Positions 23,974 through 34,428 of a stretch of 64,000 bases of DNA are shown here, piece by piece. Both the position numbers and the translations under genes were made by a program. Location: positions 11,754 to 75,753 of the forward strand of contig JAOPYQ010000028.1 of NCBI GenBank assembly GCA_025964555.1, given 5' to 3'. Every line of letters starts with the position of its first letter. Position 1 is the first letter of the stretch. Below the pieces are notes generated by a model. It was not told where the DNA came from. It did no database searches and worked only from the letters and a program-made list of their open reading frames with translations. Source of the stretch: Thermoleophilia bacterium (lineage in GTDB: Bacteria > Actinomycetota > Thermoleophilia > Gaiellales > SKUG01).

Positions 23974-25247
23974 GCGTAACCTTCCTCGAGCTGCGGGTAG
24001 AGCGGGAATCGCCCAAGCAGCGCCTGCGCGCGCTCGGAGAGTTCGGTGGTGTCGGCGTCCGCCGCGAGCGACGCGACCATGATCGCGCCCGTCTCGCGCG
24101 CTGCTTCCTCGTCGAAACCACGCGTGGTCATCGCGGCCATGCCGACGCGCACGCCGCTCGTGACCATCGGCGGCTGCGTGTCGAACGGCACCGCGTTGCG
24201 GTTGACGGTGATGTTCACCTCGTCGAGGCGATCCTCCGCGTCCTTGCCTGTCCACTCGATGCCGCGCAGGTCGGCGAGCACCAGATGCGTGTCGGTGCCG
24301 CCGCTCACCAGTTCCCAGCCACCGGACGCGAGCTCCTTGCCCAGCGTCTTGGTGTTGGTGACGACCTGGCTCGCATATGCGCGATATTCGGGGGTCATCG
24401 CTTCGGCGAAGCACACTGCCTTGCCCGCGACCACGTGGCAGAGCGGCCCGCCCTGCATGCCGGGAAACACGGCCTTGTCGACCTTCTGCGCGTGCTCCTC
24501 GCGACACAGGATCAGTCCCGATCGCGGCCCGCGCAGCGTCTTGTGCGTCGTGGACGTGACCACGTCGCTGTGCTCGACGACGTCCGGGTGCACGCCCGCC
24601 GCGACGAGCCCCGCGAAGTGCGCCATGTCGACCATGAGCAGCGCGCCGACCTCGTCCGCGATCGTGCGGAAGCGCGCCGCGTCGATCACGCGCGGATAGG
24701 CGCTGCCGCCCGCCACGATGAGCTTGGGGCGGTGCTCCTTCGCCAGTCGCAGCACCTCGTCGAAGTCGATCAGGTGCGAGGAGCGATCGACCCCGTAGTG
24801 CACGAAGTTGAAGAGCTTGCCGCTGAAATTGACGTTGTGTCCGTGCGTGAGGTGTCCGCCGTGCGACAGGCTCATCGCGAGGATCGTGTCGCCCGGCTGC
24901 AGCAGCGCCATGTACGCCGCGAAGTTCGCCTGGCTTCCCGCGTGCGGCTGCACGTTCGCGTGCTCGGCGCCGAACAGCTGCTTCGCTCGGTCGATCGCCA
25001 GCTGCTCGATCTCGTCGACGACCTCGCAGCCGCCGTAGTAGCGCCGCCCGGGATACCCCTCGGCGTACTTGTTCGTGGCGACGCTGCCGACTGCCTCGAG
25101 CACCGCGCGCGAGGTGAAGTTCTCGCTCGCGATCAGCTCGATCTGGTCGCGCTGGCGGTGCAGCTCGTCGCGGAGGAAGTCCGCGATCTGCGGATCGCCA
25201 TCGCGGAGGGTCCTGGACATCAGGTCCGTGCTGGTGGTCGTCGACAT
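23970..25247 (-). CDS. glyA: Serine hydroxymethyltransferase.
   Basis: '[16 protein letters not shown]', '[16 protein letters not shown]', '[15 protein letters not shown]' (PLP Lys); 425 aa. Confidence 0.97.
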   Translation of the reverse strand: MSTTTSTDLMSRTLRDGDPQIADFLRDELHRQRDQIELIASENFTSRAVLEAVGSVATNKYAEGYPGRRYYGGCEVVDEIEQLAIDRAKQLFGAEHANVQPHAGSQANFAAYMALLQPGDTILAMSLSHGGHLTHGHNVNFSGKLFNFVHYGVDRSSHLIDFDEVLRLAKEHRPKLIVAGGSAYPRVIDAARFRTIADEVGALLMVDMAHFAGLVAAGVHPDVVEHSDVVTSTTHKTLRGPRSGLILCREEHAQKVDKAVFPGMQGGPLCHVVAGKAVCFAEAMTPEYRAYASQVVTNTKTLGKELASGGWELVSGGTDTHLVLADLRGIEWTGKDAEDRLDEVNITVNRNAVPFDTQPPMVTSGVRVGMAAMTTRGFDEEAARETGAIMVASLAADADTTELSERAQALLGRFPLYPQLEEGYA

Positions 25248-25309
25248 GGGCGCGCCTCGCGGTCGGGTACCGGCTCGCCATCGATCCTATCCGGATAGGG
25301 TCGACGCCG

Positions 25310-26302
25310 ATGGTCCGACTGCTCCGACAGCCCCGCACGATCGCCGTCGCGGCGTGGATCGCGGCGTTCGCGATCGCTGTCCTCACCATCGGCTACCCCA
25401 CCCGACGAACCGTGGTGCTGGTGTGGATCGCCCTCGCGATCATCGCGTTCGGCATGGATCGTCCCCGGGCGACCGCTCGCTCGTTCGCGACGACCTGGCT
25501 GCCGCTTTTCCTCGCGCTCGTCGTGTACGACCGCCTGCGCGGCGCATCGGATCCCGCGCAGCAGGCGAGCGCGCACACGTGGCCGCAGGTGAACCTCGAC
25601 ATGTGGCTCGGCGGCGGCGCAACCCCCACCGAGCACCTGCAGGGCTGGCTGTGGACGGCAGGGTCGCCGCGGTGGTGGGACTTCGCGGCCTGGGTGGTGT
25701 ACCAGTCGCACTTCATCGTGCCACTGCTCGTCGCCGCCGCCATGTGGGGCGCGCGCCATCGTCTCGCGCGCCGCTACGTGCTCGGCTTCGCCACGCTCAG
25801 CTGGATGGCGCTCGCCACGTACTGGCTCTATCCCGCCCAGCCGCCGTGGATGGCCGCGCGCGACGGGCTCATCGGCGGCCTCGATCGGGTCGTGCCGCAG
25901 GTGTGGCGCGAGGTCGGCATCGAGCGTGCCGCGCGCGTGTTCGAGACCGCTCCCCAGGGCGGCGCCAGCCGGTTCGCGAACCCGGTCGCGGCGCTGCCGT
26001 CGCTGCACGCCGCGTTCCCGACGCTCATCGCCGCCTTCCTGTGGGGCGCGGGGCGCTGGCGCAACGTCGCGCTCGCCTCGTACGTCGCGGCGATGGCGCT
26101 CGCGCTCGTCTACACGGGCGAGCACTTCACCTTCGACATCGTGCTCGGGTGGACGTTCGCGCTTGCCGTCGCGGTGCCGCTCCGTCGCTACCAGCGCAGG
26201 CCGTCGACGGCGCGATCCCACAGTCCGGGGTCGCAGTCCGACGCCGACGGCACGGACGGCACCGAGCCCGTGTCGGAGCCGCCGCTGCTGCTGAGCCGGT
26301 AG
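25310..26302 (+). CDS. PAP2-superfamily membrane protein (PAP2_3 / inositolphosphotransferase-like).
   Basis: Polytopic, with '[12 protein letters not shown]', '[14 protein letters not shown]' and '[14 protein letters not shown]', i.e. the C2 (SxH) and C3 (H...D) PAP2 motifs. Confidence 0.7.
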   Translation: MVRLLRQPRTIAVAAWIAAFAIAVLTIGYPTRRTVVLVWIALAIIAFGMDRPRATARSFATTWLPLFLALVVYDRLRGASDPAQQASAHTWPQVNLDMWLGGGATPTEHLQGWLWTAGSPRWWDFAAWVVYQSHFIVPLLVAAAMWGARHRLARRYVLGFATLSWMALATYWLYPAQPPWMAARDGLIGGLDRVVPQVWREVGIERAARVFETAPQGGASRFANPVAALPSLHAAFPTLIAAFLWGAGRWRNVALASYVAAMALALVYTGEHFTFDIVLGWTFALAVAVPLRRYQRRPSTARSHSPGSQSDADGTDGTEPVSEPPLLLSR

Positions 26303-27840
26303 ATCGCGCGATGGCACACGTCGGCGACGTGGTCGTAGCGCTGCTCGACGAGCGTCTGGACACGCCCACCGCGGTCGAGGCCCCACAGGCCGATCGGCTG
26401 CCACTCCACGATCCACGTGGGCGGCGCCTTGCCTGCGACCAGTGCGCGCAGGTCATCCAGTCGCGGGTCGCGAACGCGCACCGGCAGGCTCCAGGCGAGC
26501 CCGTACGGCGAGTTCAGGCCCGAGCGTCGCAACACGTTGGGATGCCCCCACGTGACCACGAGCGTGTCACCCGGTCGCGATGCGTCCTTGAGCCAGTCGC
26601 CGGCGACGGCCACCTCGCGCTGCACGTTGCCGGTCGCGGACCATGCCGCGCCGATCGCCCACGCGACCCCCACGACGACCGACACAACCGCTCCCGCTCG
26701 GGTGCTGCCCCGCGCGATGCGCGAGCGCGCACGATCGGACACGCCACCGGCGACCACGCCGAGGCCCATCGCCAGCACCGGCACGAGCTGCACGAGGTAG
26801 TGGCGCCACCAGTTGCCGCCCTGCGTGACCGCGAACACGCCCCACACCGACAACGCAGCGAGGCCGACGGCCGTCGACCGCAGCAGCAGCTCGTCCGCGC
26901 CCGCTCGCACCGATTGGTCACCGCGCGCCAGGCGCACCAATCCGATCCACGTGTACGCGAGCAGCGAGAGCAGCCCGCTCGCCGACACGAGCACGAGCAG
27001 CAGCACCGCCCGCTCGTCCGGGGCGGCGGCATCGCCGATGGCGCCCCGCGCGTCGATCCTGAAGCCATAGAGCGCGTCGAGCAGCTCGCCGATGCCCGGC
27101 CCCACGGCCTGCGCCCACGCCACGAGCACCGCAGCGACCACCGCGGCGCCGACCACGCCGCCAGCAAGCACGGCTGCGACTCGTCGTCGACGCGGTCCGC
27201 GCTCGAGCACGAGTGCTCCGACGACCGCAGCGCCGGCGAACACGAACCCGTCGAGGAACGACTGCTTGACCAGCACCGCGCAGCCCGCCAGCACACCCGC
27301 GCCGATCGCCATCGCGAACGCGCGGCGCCAGGTCGTCGACCCCAGCGCGAGCACGGTCATCCACACGGCTGCGGCCACGAACGCCGCAGCCGGCAGCTCG
27401 GCGTTGACCGTGTGCGCCTGCCAGAGCGTGCTCGAAGACAGCACCACCGCCGCGACCGCCGACCACGTCATCGCCGTGCGGCCGGCCGCTCGGTGCGCGA
27501 CCCCCGCGCTCGCTACGACGATGAGCGCCGCCGCGACGCAGCCGAGCAGCCGCACGCCCACGTCGCCGGCCAGCGCGACGGCGATCGCGTACAGCGCGAT
27601 GAGCAGCGGCGGTCGATCGACCCACTGCTCGCCGTAGATGCCGCCGTCACCGACGTTCCAGTTCGCCGCGACGTAGGCGTAGCCGCCCTCGTCGATCCCG
27701 AGCGGCGAGGCGACGAACGGCAGGCGCAGCAGCACGGCTGCAGCCACGCAGGCGAGGACGATCTGTCGATCGCTCAGACGCCTCGTCGCGCGCGTCCGTC
27801 CTCGTGTCTCGCCTGCCGCCACGGCGGCACGGTACCGCAC
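26188..27840 (-). CDS. GT-C fold glycosyltransferase (ArnT/PMT, GT39/GT83-like) membrane protein.
   Basis: The start is assigned to the in-frame GTG at 27840 (VRYRAAV...), because the longer ATG ORF runs to the S8 gene start. First-loop 'SPLGIDEGGYAYVA' (DE motif), more than 10 hydrophobic helices, and a soluble C-terminal domain. Confidence 0.6.
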   Translation of the reverse strand: MRYRAAVAAGETRGRTRATRRLSDRQIVLACVAAAVLLRLPFVASPLGIDEGGYAYVAANWNVGDGGIYGEQWVDRPPLLIALYAIAVALAGDVGVRLLGCVAAALIVVASAGVAHRAAGRTAMTWSAVAAVVLSSSTLWQAHTVNAELPAAAFVAAAVWMTVLALGSTTWRRAFAMAIGAGVLAGCAVLVKQSFLDGFVFAGAAVVGALVLERGPRRRRVAAVLAGGVVGAAVVAAVLVAWAQAVGPGIGELLDALYGFRIDARGAIGDAAAPDERAVLLLVLVSASGLLSLLAYTWIGLVRLARGDQSVRAGADELLLRSTAVGLAALSVWGVFAVTQGGNWWRHYLVQLVPVLAMGLGVVAGGVSDRARSRIARGSTRAGAVVSVVVGVAWAIGAAWSATGNVQREVAVAGDWLKDASRPGDTLVVTWGHPNVLRRSGLNSPYGLAWSLPVRVRDPRLDDLRALVAGKAPPTWIVEWQPIGLWGLDRGGRVQTLVEQRYDHVADVCHRAIYRLSSSGGSDTGSVPSVPSASDCDPGLWDRAVDGLRW

Positions 27841-28073
27841 CCGAGATCCGTCGTGCCGCGCGAACGATCGTGCCTGCGCACGGGGCGGCCGGGTGCGGCC
27901 ACGATCGGCGGCCAGCGACGGCCGTTCGTTCTGCAACTGCACCACCGTCCGACGGCACCCGCTACCCTTCCCCAACGCATGGAAGCGCCCCGGGGAGGGG
28001 GCTGCGGGGACCGCATGGACGTCGGAACCCCGAGCTCTTCTCCGTTCCCCGGGCACCGTCAGGGAGACACGGA

Positions 28074-29831
28074 ATGGCTATCACCGGCACGACCCCGCGA
28101 GTCATCGACCCAGCACTCATGGCAGCAGCCGCCAAGGGACCGGTCGACGCAGTTGTGTTCTTCCAGGCCCCGACGAACGACGCGACGGCGAAGGCGGCCT
28201 CCAAGTTCACGGCGATCGAGTCGATGCCCCTCGGCGCTGCTCGAAAGACAGCCGCCTTCGAGGCGCTCCACGAGATCGGCACGCAGACGATCGCGGCGAA
28301 CCACGACAAGGTCCAGGGCCTCGTCGACCAGGGTCTCGCCAGCGGCATCGACGAGCTGTGGTCACTCGGCGCGGTGCGCGTTCGTGGCGCGAGCCTCGAG
28401 ACGCTCAAGCAGCTCGTTGGTCCCGGCGTGCAGTCGATCATGCAGGACACGATCATCGCCTCCCCGACGCTGCCCAGCGCGGCTGACGGCGCGGTCAACG
28501 GCGCGATCAACATCGACCTTCCCGCCAGGTTCGACACCGTGACCGGCGCCGCCGAAGCGCGCGACAACGACGCCGATCCGAACGCCGTGCTCATGGACTG
28601 GGGCGTCAAGCGCATGAAGGCCCCCGAGGCCTGGGCGCAGGGCATCACCGGCGCCGGCATCGTGATCGGCTCGCTCGACACGGGCGTCAACGTGTCCCAC
28701 CCCGTGCTCAAGCACAACTACCGCGGCACCAACGCCGACGGCACGCAATCGCACGACTACAACTGGAAGGACATGGTCAAGGAGCTGCCCGAGGACGGCA
28801 AGCTCCCTGACGGGTCCACGTTCGACCCCGCCGTCGACGGCGCCAAGAACGGCACCTCCAAGCGCCCGATCGACCTGAACGGTCACGGCACGCACACGTC
28901 GGGCAGCGCGCTCGGCTGGGATCCGCAGCACATCACCGGCACCGCGCCCGACGCGAAGCTGATCGTCTCGCGCGGCCTCGGCGAGAAGGGCGGCTCGATG
29001 TTCGACCTCGTCGCCGCGATGGAGTGGTTCATGGCGCCGACCAAGGTCGACGGCAGCGAGCCGCGCCCGGACCTCGCTCCCGACATCGTCACCAACTCGT
29101 GGGGCGGCGCGCCGGTCGGCAACCCGTTCCTGTGGATGGCGCTGCGCAACTGGCGCCGCGCGGGCATCATCCCGGTGTTCGCCTCGGGCAACGCCCAGCC
29201 CACCAAGCCCGGCCAGGTCGCCGTTCCCGGCATGTATCCGGAGACGATCACAGTCGGCGCCCAGGACCTCGACGATTCGCGCGCATGGTTCTCGATGTAC
29301 GGACCGAGCGACTTCGCCAACGGCCCGAAGCCGGACGTGATGGCTCCCGGTCACTGGACGTACTCGTCGCTGCCCGACGGCACCGTGCGCGACACGTTCC
29401 CGGTGAAGATGCCCGACGGGTCCACGCGACTGGCGCCGGCCTCCGGCACCTCGATGGCCACCCCGCACGTCGCGGGCGCCATGGCGCTGTACCTGCAGGC
29501 CCATCCGGGCGCCACGTTCGACGAGGTGCTCGGCGCGCTCAAGAAGGCATCGTCGCTCTACGCCACGCCGAACGAGGAGCAGGGCTCCGGCAACCTCCAG
29601 CTCGACAAGCTGATCACCGCCGACACCATCTCCAAGGACGCGAAGCTCACCGACAAGGCACGCGTCGACGAGCTGGCCGCGCAGGTCGCCAAGGCCAAGG
29701 TCTTCATGGAGGGCGAGCGCCTTCCCGGCAAGCCCAAGCCGAAGCCCGCGCCGCCCGCGCCCACGCCCGCAGCCGAGTCCTCTGCAGTCGACGCGGTCGA
29801 CGCGGCGATGCTGCTGCGCGACGCCGCATAG
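28074..29831 (+). CDS. Subtilisin-like serine peptidase (S8 family) with an N-terminal propeptide-like region.
   Basis: ATG at 28074 after an AGGGAGA SD. Catalytic triad motifs 'IGSLDTGV' (Asp), 'NGHGTHTSGS' (His) and 'SGTSMATPHVAGA' (Ser). No N-terminal signal peptide is visible. Pro/Lys-rich C-terminal tail. Confidence 0.85.
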   Translation: MAITGTTPRVIDPALMAAAAKGPVDAVVFFQAPTNDATAKAASKFTAIESMPLGAARKTAAFEALHEIGTQTIAANHDKVQGLVDQGLASGIDELWSLGAVRVRGASLETLKQLVGPGVQSIMQDTIIASPTLPSAADGAVNGAINIDLPARFDTVTGAAEARDNDADPNAVLMDWGVKRMKAPEAWAQGITGAGIVIGSLDTGVNVSHPVLKHNYRGTNADGTQSHDYNWKDMVKELPEDGKLPDGSTFDPAVDGAKNGTSKRPIDLNGHGTHTSGSALGWDPQHITGTAPDAKLIVSRGLGEKGGSMFDLVAAMEWFMAPTKVDGSEPRPDLAPDIVTNSWGGAPVGNPFLWMALRNWRRAGIIPVFASGNAQPTKPGQVAVPGMYPETITVGAQDLDDSRAWFSMYGPSDFANGPKPDVMAPGHWTYSSLPDGTVRDTFPVKMPDGSTRLAPASGTSMATPHVAGAMALYLQAHPGATFDEVLGALKKASSLYATPNEEQGSGNLQLDKLITADTISKDAKLTDKARVDELAAQVAKAKVFMEGERLPGKPKPKPAPPAPTPAAESSAVDAVDAAMLLRDAA

Positions 29832-29852
29832 CAGCACCACACGATCGTCAGT

Positions 29853-30485
29853 TCAGGGCGCGTCTGCCAGCACCGCGAGTGCCTGGCCGGCGCGCCCTGA
29901 CGTATCTCGCAGCACGCGCACGTCCCCCTCGCCGCGCGACCACGCCACGAGGTCGAGCACGGTCGATTCGCCCTCTGGTGGCAGCACGCCGCGGTCGATC
30001 GCGCAGCTGACCTGGTCCACCAGGGCGGGATCGAGCTGCGACAGCTGAGCGGCGGTCGTCTCCCCCGCGACGTTCGCGCTCGTCGCTGCGATCGGCGGCA
30101 GGTCCACCGCGCCGGCAGGCACGCGCACTCCGATCGGGCCGGCCTCGCCCCCGGTCAGCCACGTCCAGCGATCGCCGGGGTTGTCGAGCACGAGCGTCCA
30201 CGGCCCGGGCAGCAGCGAGTGCACCGCCCACGTCGCGCGCACGCCCAGCTCGGGCAGCTCCGACTGCAGCTGACCGATCGACGAGAACACCACGGCAGTC
30301 GGTTGTGTCACGTCGCGACCCTTGCACTCGTACATGCGACGCACGGCGGCCTCGTCGCTCGCGAGCGCTGCCAGGCCATAGACGGTGTCGGTCGGCACGA
30401 CGACCAGCTCGCCCTGCTCGAGCGCGCGGTGCACGTACGCCAGCTCCGAGCTGCCGGTTGCGGGATCCTTCAGGACGAGCATCAC
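29853..30485 (-). CDS. tsaC: L-threonylcarbamoyladenylate synthase (Sua5/YwlC/TsaC family).
   Basis: 'VVVPTDTVYGLAALA', 'KGRDVTQPTAVV', 'IAATSANVAGE'; 210 aa. The GTG/ATG start overlaps the prmC stop. Confidence 0.85.
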   Translation of the reverse strand: MMLVLKDPATGSSELAYVHRALEQGELVVVPTDTVYGLAALASDEAAVRRMYECKGRDVTQPTAVVFSSIGQLQSELPELGVRATWAVHSLLPGPWTLVLDNPGDRWTWLTGGEAGPIGVRVPAGAVDLPPIAATSANVAGETTAAQLSQLDPALVDQVSCAIDRGVLPPEGESTVLDLVAWSRGEGDVRVLRDTSGRAGQALAVLADAP

Positions 30486-31372
30486 TGACCTCCGCTGGTT
30501 CGGTACCCGATGACGACCCGATCGACCCCGGCCAGGTCGTCGCGTCCCTCGATGTCGACGAAGCCCGCGGCGCGCAGCGCGGACGCCACCATCGCGCGCT
30601 GCCCCTCGCCGTGCTCGACCGCGAGCATGCCGCCGTCCTCGAGCACCTGGAGTGCCTGCGTCGCGATGCGCCCGTAGAACGACGACACACCCTCACCCCC
30701 GGGGACGAACAATGCGACGTGCGGCTCGTGGTCGCGCACGCCGGCCTCGAGCCCCGAGTCGTCGACGCCCTCCACGTACGGCGGGTTCGCGACCACCACG
30801 CCGACGCGGCGCAGGTCGGCGACCGGCTCGAAGAGGTCACCGGCGCGGTACTCGACCTCCACGCCGTGGCGGGCCGCGTTCGCGCGGGCCACGTCGAGCG
30901 CATCCTCGGAGATGTCGGTGGCGACGACCCGCGCTCGACCGTCGAGCTCCGCGGCGATGCTCACCGCCACGCAGCCGCTGCCGGTGCAGGCATCGACGAA
31001 CGTCGCGCTGCGTGCGTGGTCGGCGAAGTGCGTCAATGCGAGCTCCACGAGCAGCTCCGTCTCGGGGCGCGGCACCAGGACGCGTCGATCCACCTCGAAC
31101 TCGCGGCCGTAGAACCACGCGGTGCCGAGCAGGTACGCGATCGGCTCACCCGTCACCCGGCGCCCGAGCAGCGCGTCGAGGCGCTTCCACGCCTCCGGCT
31201 CGAGCGTGCGGTCGCCGTGCACGCGCAGGCCCACGCGATCGAGCTCGGCGACGTGCCCCACGAGCAGCTCGGCATCCAGGCGCGGCGTGTCGCCCACGCC
31301 CGCCTGGTCGATCGCCACCGTCGTGCTGCGCACGGCGTCGGTGACGGTGGTCGCAACGCCGCCCTCGCTCAC
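30482..31372 (-). CDS. prmC: Release-factor glutamine N5-methyltransferase.
   Basis: The GTG at 31372 overlaps the prfA stop (GTGA). 'EPIAYLLGTAWFYGREFEVDRRVLVPRPETE', 'DACTGSGCVAV', 'VVANPPYV' (NPPY). Confidence 0.9.
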   Translation of the reverse strand: MSEGGVATTVTDAVRSTTVAIDQAGVGDTPRLDAELLVGHVAELDRVGLRVHGDRTLEPEAWKRLDALLGRRVTGEPIAYLLGTAWFYGREFEVDRRVLVPRPETELLVELALTHFADHARSATFVDACTGSGCVAVSIAAELDGRARVVATDISEDALDVARANAARHGVEVEYRAGDLFEPVADLRRVGVVVANPPYVEGVDDSGLEAGVRDHEPHVALFVPGGEGVSSFYGRIATQALQVLEDGGMLAVEHGEGQRAMVASALRAAGFVDIEGRDDLAGVDRVVIGYRTSGGQ

Positions 31373-32436
31373 CCGAAGCGCTCGGCCAGTCGCGTTCGCT
31401 GCTCTTCCTGGCGCAGCGCGTCGAGCAGGTCGTCGAGCTCGCCCTGCAGCACCTTGTCGAGCTGGTGGATCGTCAGCCCGATCCGGTGGTCGGTCACGCG
31501 ACGCTCGGCGTAGTTGTAGGTGCGGATCTTCTCGGCTCGGTCGCCCGTGCCGATCGCGCTGCGGCGCTGCTCGCCGAGCGCGGCGGCGCGCTTCTCGGCC
31601 TCCACCTCGGCGAGTCGCGTGCGCAGCACGCGCATCGCGGAATCCTTGTTCTGGTGCTGCGACTTCTCGTTCTGGCACGTCACCACGATGCCGGTCGGCT
31701 CGTGCGTCAGTCGCACGGCGCTGTCGGTCGTGTTGACGCTCTGGCCACCCGGTCCGCTCGACCGGTACACGTCCACGCGCACGTCGTTCATGTCGAGCTG
31801 GACCTCGACGTCCTCCGCCTCGGGGCGCACCACCACCGACGCGGTCGACGTGTGGATGCGCCCCTGCGTCTCGGTCTGCGGCACGCGCTGCACGCGGTGC
31901 ACGCCGCTCTCCCACTTGAGCTTCGCGAACGCGTCGTCGCCCGCCACCGAGAAGAACGCTTCCTTGTACCCGCCGGCGTCGCCGTCCGCGGTCGAGATGA
32001 GCTCGACCCGCAGCCCGTGCGACTGCGCGAACTTCATGTACATGTGCGTCAGGTCGCCGGCCCACAGCGCGGCTTCGTCGCCACCGGCGCCGGGACGGAT
32101 CTCGACGATGACGTTCTTGTGGTCGTCCGGATCGGCCTCGACCATCGCCAGGCGCAACGCCTCTTCGATGGTGGGCAAGGTCGCTTCGGCGTCTGCCTTC
32201 TGCGCCTTCGCCATATCGCGGATCTCGGGCTCGTCGTCACCCGTCAGTTCGTGCGCCTCGGCGATCTGCGCCTTGAGCTCTCGCCACTGCGATGCGAGCT
32301 CCGCAGCACCCTTGAGGCGCGCATGCTCACGCGTCACCTCGACGGCGCGCCTCTGGTCGTCGAACAGCGACGGGTCCGAGAGTGCACGCTCGATCTCGGC
32401 GAACGAACGCTCGATGTCCTCAACGAGTGGCTCCAC
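31369..32436 (-). CDS. prfA: Peptide chain release factor 1.
   Basis: '[11 protein letters not shown]' (GGQ) and '[17 protein letters not shown]' (PxT tripeptide region); 355 aa. Confidence 0.97.
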   Translation of the reverse strand: MEPLVEDIERSFAEIERALSDPSLFDDQRRAVEVTREHARLKGAAELASQWRELKAQIAEAHELTGDDEPEIRDMAKAQKADAEATLPTIEEALRLAMVEADPDDHKNVIVEIRPGAGGDEAALWAGDLTHMYMKFAQSHGLRVELISTADGDAGGYKEAFFSVAGDDAFAKLKWESGVHRVQRVPQTETQGRIHTSTASVVVRPEAEDVEVQLDMNDVRVDVYRSSGPGGQSVNTTDSAVRLTHEPTGIVVTCQNEKSQHQNKDSAMRVLRTRLAEVEAEKRAAALGEQRRSAIGTGDRAEKIRTYNYAERRVTDHRIGLTIHQLDKVLQGELDDLLDALRQEEQRTRLAERFG

Positions 32437-32478
32437 CCCGGGGATGATATCGGGGATGGGTTCCGAGGACCGAACGCC

Positions 32479-34296
32479 TCAGGTCGCGACGACTTCGAAC
32501 GCGATCGGCGCGAGGAAGCGGCCCGGCACCTGCGAGCTGGAGATCTTGAGACCGAACTGGATCGTGGCGGTCGCGGTCGTGGTCGGGGTGGCCGTCGATG
32601 CGACGAGCGCTGCCGGGAGCGTGGCGTCGGCCGGGAGGCCGTTCCATCCGGGGTCGGCGGTCGTGCAGTCGGCATTCGCGTCGACCGCCCATCCGGCTGC
32701 TGCGCCGCTCACGGCACGAAGGCAGGCGGCGAACATGCTCGGCGCCGTTCCCCACGTGCGAGTCGTCCCGTTCCAGTCGTCGATCGCGTGGCTCGAGTAC
32801 GACCAGATCTCGGAGACGGTCGCTCCCGAGTAGGCGCCGATGAGGTATCCGCCGTCGACACCTCGAACGATCGATCGCGCCCCGTTGTCGCCGACGCCTC
32901 CGACGACCAGCATGCCGGACGAGCCGAACGTGGTGTCGATCGAACCGTCGTTTCGCAGGCGGACGCCGATCGCGTCGGCGTCGACGCCGTTGGGGGTGGC
33001 ACCGACGTACATGACGGACCCGTCACCTTCGACGAATGCGTCGCCTTCCTGATGCTGAACGAGCACGACCGATGGATACAGGCGCTTGCCTCCCGTTCCC
33101 CACGTGGTATCAGGAACCCCGTTGGGGTCGACGCGGGCCGTTCCGAGCGTCCATGTCGAGCCCGTACGCGTGGAGACCGCCATGGTCAGACGTCCGTGGT
33201 CGTCGACGCCGGCGCCGCGCACGATGTCGCGATCGCCCTGAAAGTCAAAGGTGGTGGATCCGCCGGTGCCGTACGAGCTGTCGACCGCACCGTCCGGCAG
33301 CAGGCGAGTGGCGTACAGGTCGGAGCTCACGCCGTTGGTGATCGCCACGACCACGATTCGGTCGTCCGCCTGCACGAAGACCTGCCCACGGTGGCGGTAC
33401 AGGAAGTCCTCGTTCGGCGCGCCGCCGATGATCACGTGGCCGCCCGTCCCGAAGGAGGTATCCAGGCCTCCGTCCTCGCGCAGGCGTGTCAGGCGCCATT
33501 GTCGAGTGGTTCCGAGGTCCCCTCGGGCGAGGAAGAGGTATCGGCCTGCGCGGTCCTGCTCGACCGCCACCGCCAGATCGTCCCCCGCGAGGACCTGGTC
33601 GAAGGTGACCACGCCTCCGGTCCCGAAGGACGGATCCCAACCACCATTCGGGGTGGATCGAGCGACGAAGGCGTCGTAGGTGGCGCCGTCGTAGTCCTGT
33701 CCAGCCACGAGGATCCGATCCTGCGCATCCACCAGAACATCCCACCCATCGTCGGCGCTGTGGAACGTCGGGAGCGGTGGCGGCCCAAGCACGCCAGCAG
33801 ACCCGAACCCGGGATCCGGGGTGCCGTTGGACAGCAGGCGGCGGGTCAACAAGGTCGCGCTGTCGTTGACCTCGACCAGCAACCCGGTCCGGTCGAGTGC
33901 GATACGGGGCGCGTAGTCCTGTCCGGCGTCGTCGACGGTGGAGACGCCGCTCGAACCCCAGCCGCTGTTCGGGGTCCCCGTCGTCGGAGCCGCCAGCGCA
34001 GACCCCCGTCGATCGCGCTGCCACAGGCGCAGCTGGGTGGCCCCGTTGCTCGATCCGAACGTCACCGTACAGCCGGCCGCAAGGACGACGCTCGATCCCG
34101 GGGTGACGCTCCCGAACTCGGTCGCGCTCGTACCCGGTCGGCATCCCGCGTTGGACACGCTCGTCGCGGTCGGAATCGTGGCCGTCACGACGGTTCCAGA
34201 GGTCGCGGCCTGAGTCGACGCGGACGCGGCTGCCACGAACACCACGACGGCAGCGATCCACGCCGATCGTCTGTGGAATGTGGATCGCGCCAGCAT
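32479..34296 (-). CDS. Secreted delta-60-repeat (beta-propeller-type) protein.
   Basis: The ATG at 34296 gives the signal peptide 'MLARSTFHRRSAWIAAVVVFVAAASASTQA'. Six spaced repeats carry the delta-60 signature D(P/T/S)(S/T/G)(F/Y/W)G(S/T)(G/A/S)G: 'DPGFGSAG', 'DPSFGTGG', 'DTSFGTGG', 'DSSYGTGG', 'DTTWGTGG', 'DTTFGSSG'. Confidence 0.7.
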   Translation of the reverse strand: MLARSTFHRRSAWIAAVVVFVAAASASTQAATSGTVVTATIPTATSVSNAGCRPGTSATEFGSVTPGSSVVLAAGCTVTFGSSNGATQLRLWQRDRRGSALAAPTTGTPNSGWGSSGVSTVDDAGQDYAPRIALDRTGLLVEVNDSATLLTRRLLSNGTPDPGFGSAGVLGPPPLPTFHSADDGWDVLVDAQDRILVAGQDYDGATYDAFVARSTPNGGWDPSFGTGGVVTFDQVLAGDDLAVAVEQDRAGRYLFLARGDLGTTRQWRLTRLREDGGLDTSFGTGGHVIIGGAPNEDFLYRHRGQVFVQADDRIVVVAITNGVSSDLYATRLLPDGAVDSSYGTGGSTTFDFQGDRDIVRGAGVDDHGRLTMAVSTRTGSTWTLGTARVDPNGVPDTTWGTGGKRLYPSVVLVQHQEGDAFVEGDGSVMYVGATPNGVDADAIGVRLRNDGSIDTTFGSSGMLVVGGVGDNGARSIVRGVDGGYLIGAYSGATVSEIWSYSSHAIDDWNGTTRTWGTAPSMFAACLRAVSGAAAGWAVDANADCTTADPGWNGLPADATLPAALVASTATPTTTATATIQFGLKISSSQVPGRFLAPIAFEVVAT

Positions 34297-34428
34297 GTGA
34301 AGGTCGTATCGGCAGGTTCCTGCAGGACTGCAGCGCTCCTCCGAGCCCCGTACCAATTGCCGAAACAGGCGTTCCATCGTACCTTGGAGCAGGGGGCGCT
34401 GCCGTCGCAGCACCCGTGTGGAGGACGC

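Noticed and set aside
25069-28542. 1157-aa plus-strand ORF.
   Set aside because: It is out of frame with the PAP2 gene, antisense to the GT-C gene and out of frame with the S8 gene. It is extremely Arg/His/Pro-rich with no motifs. Shadow ORF.
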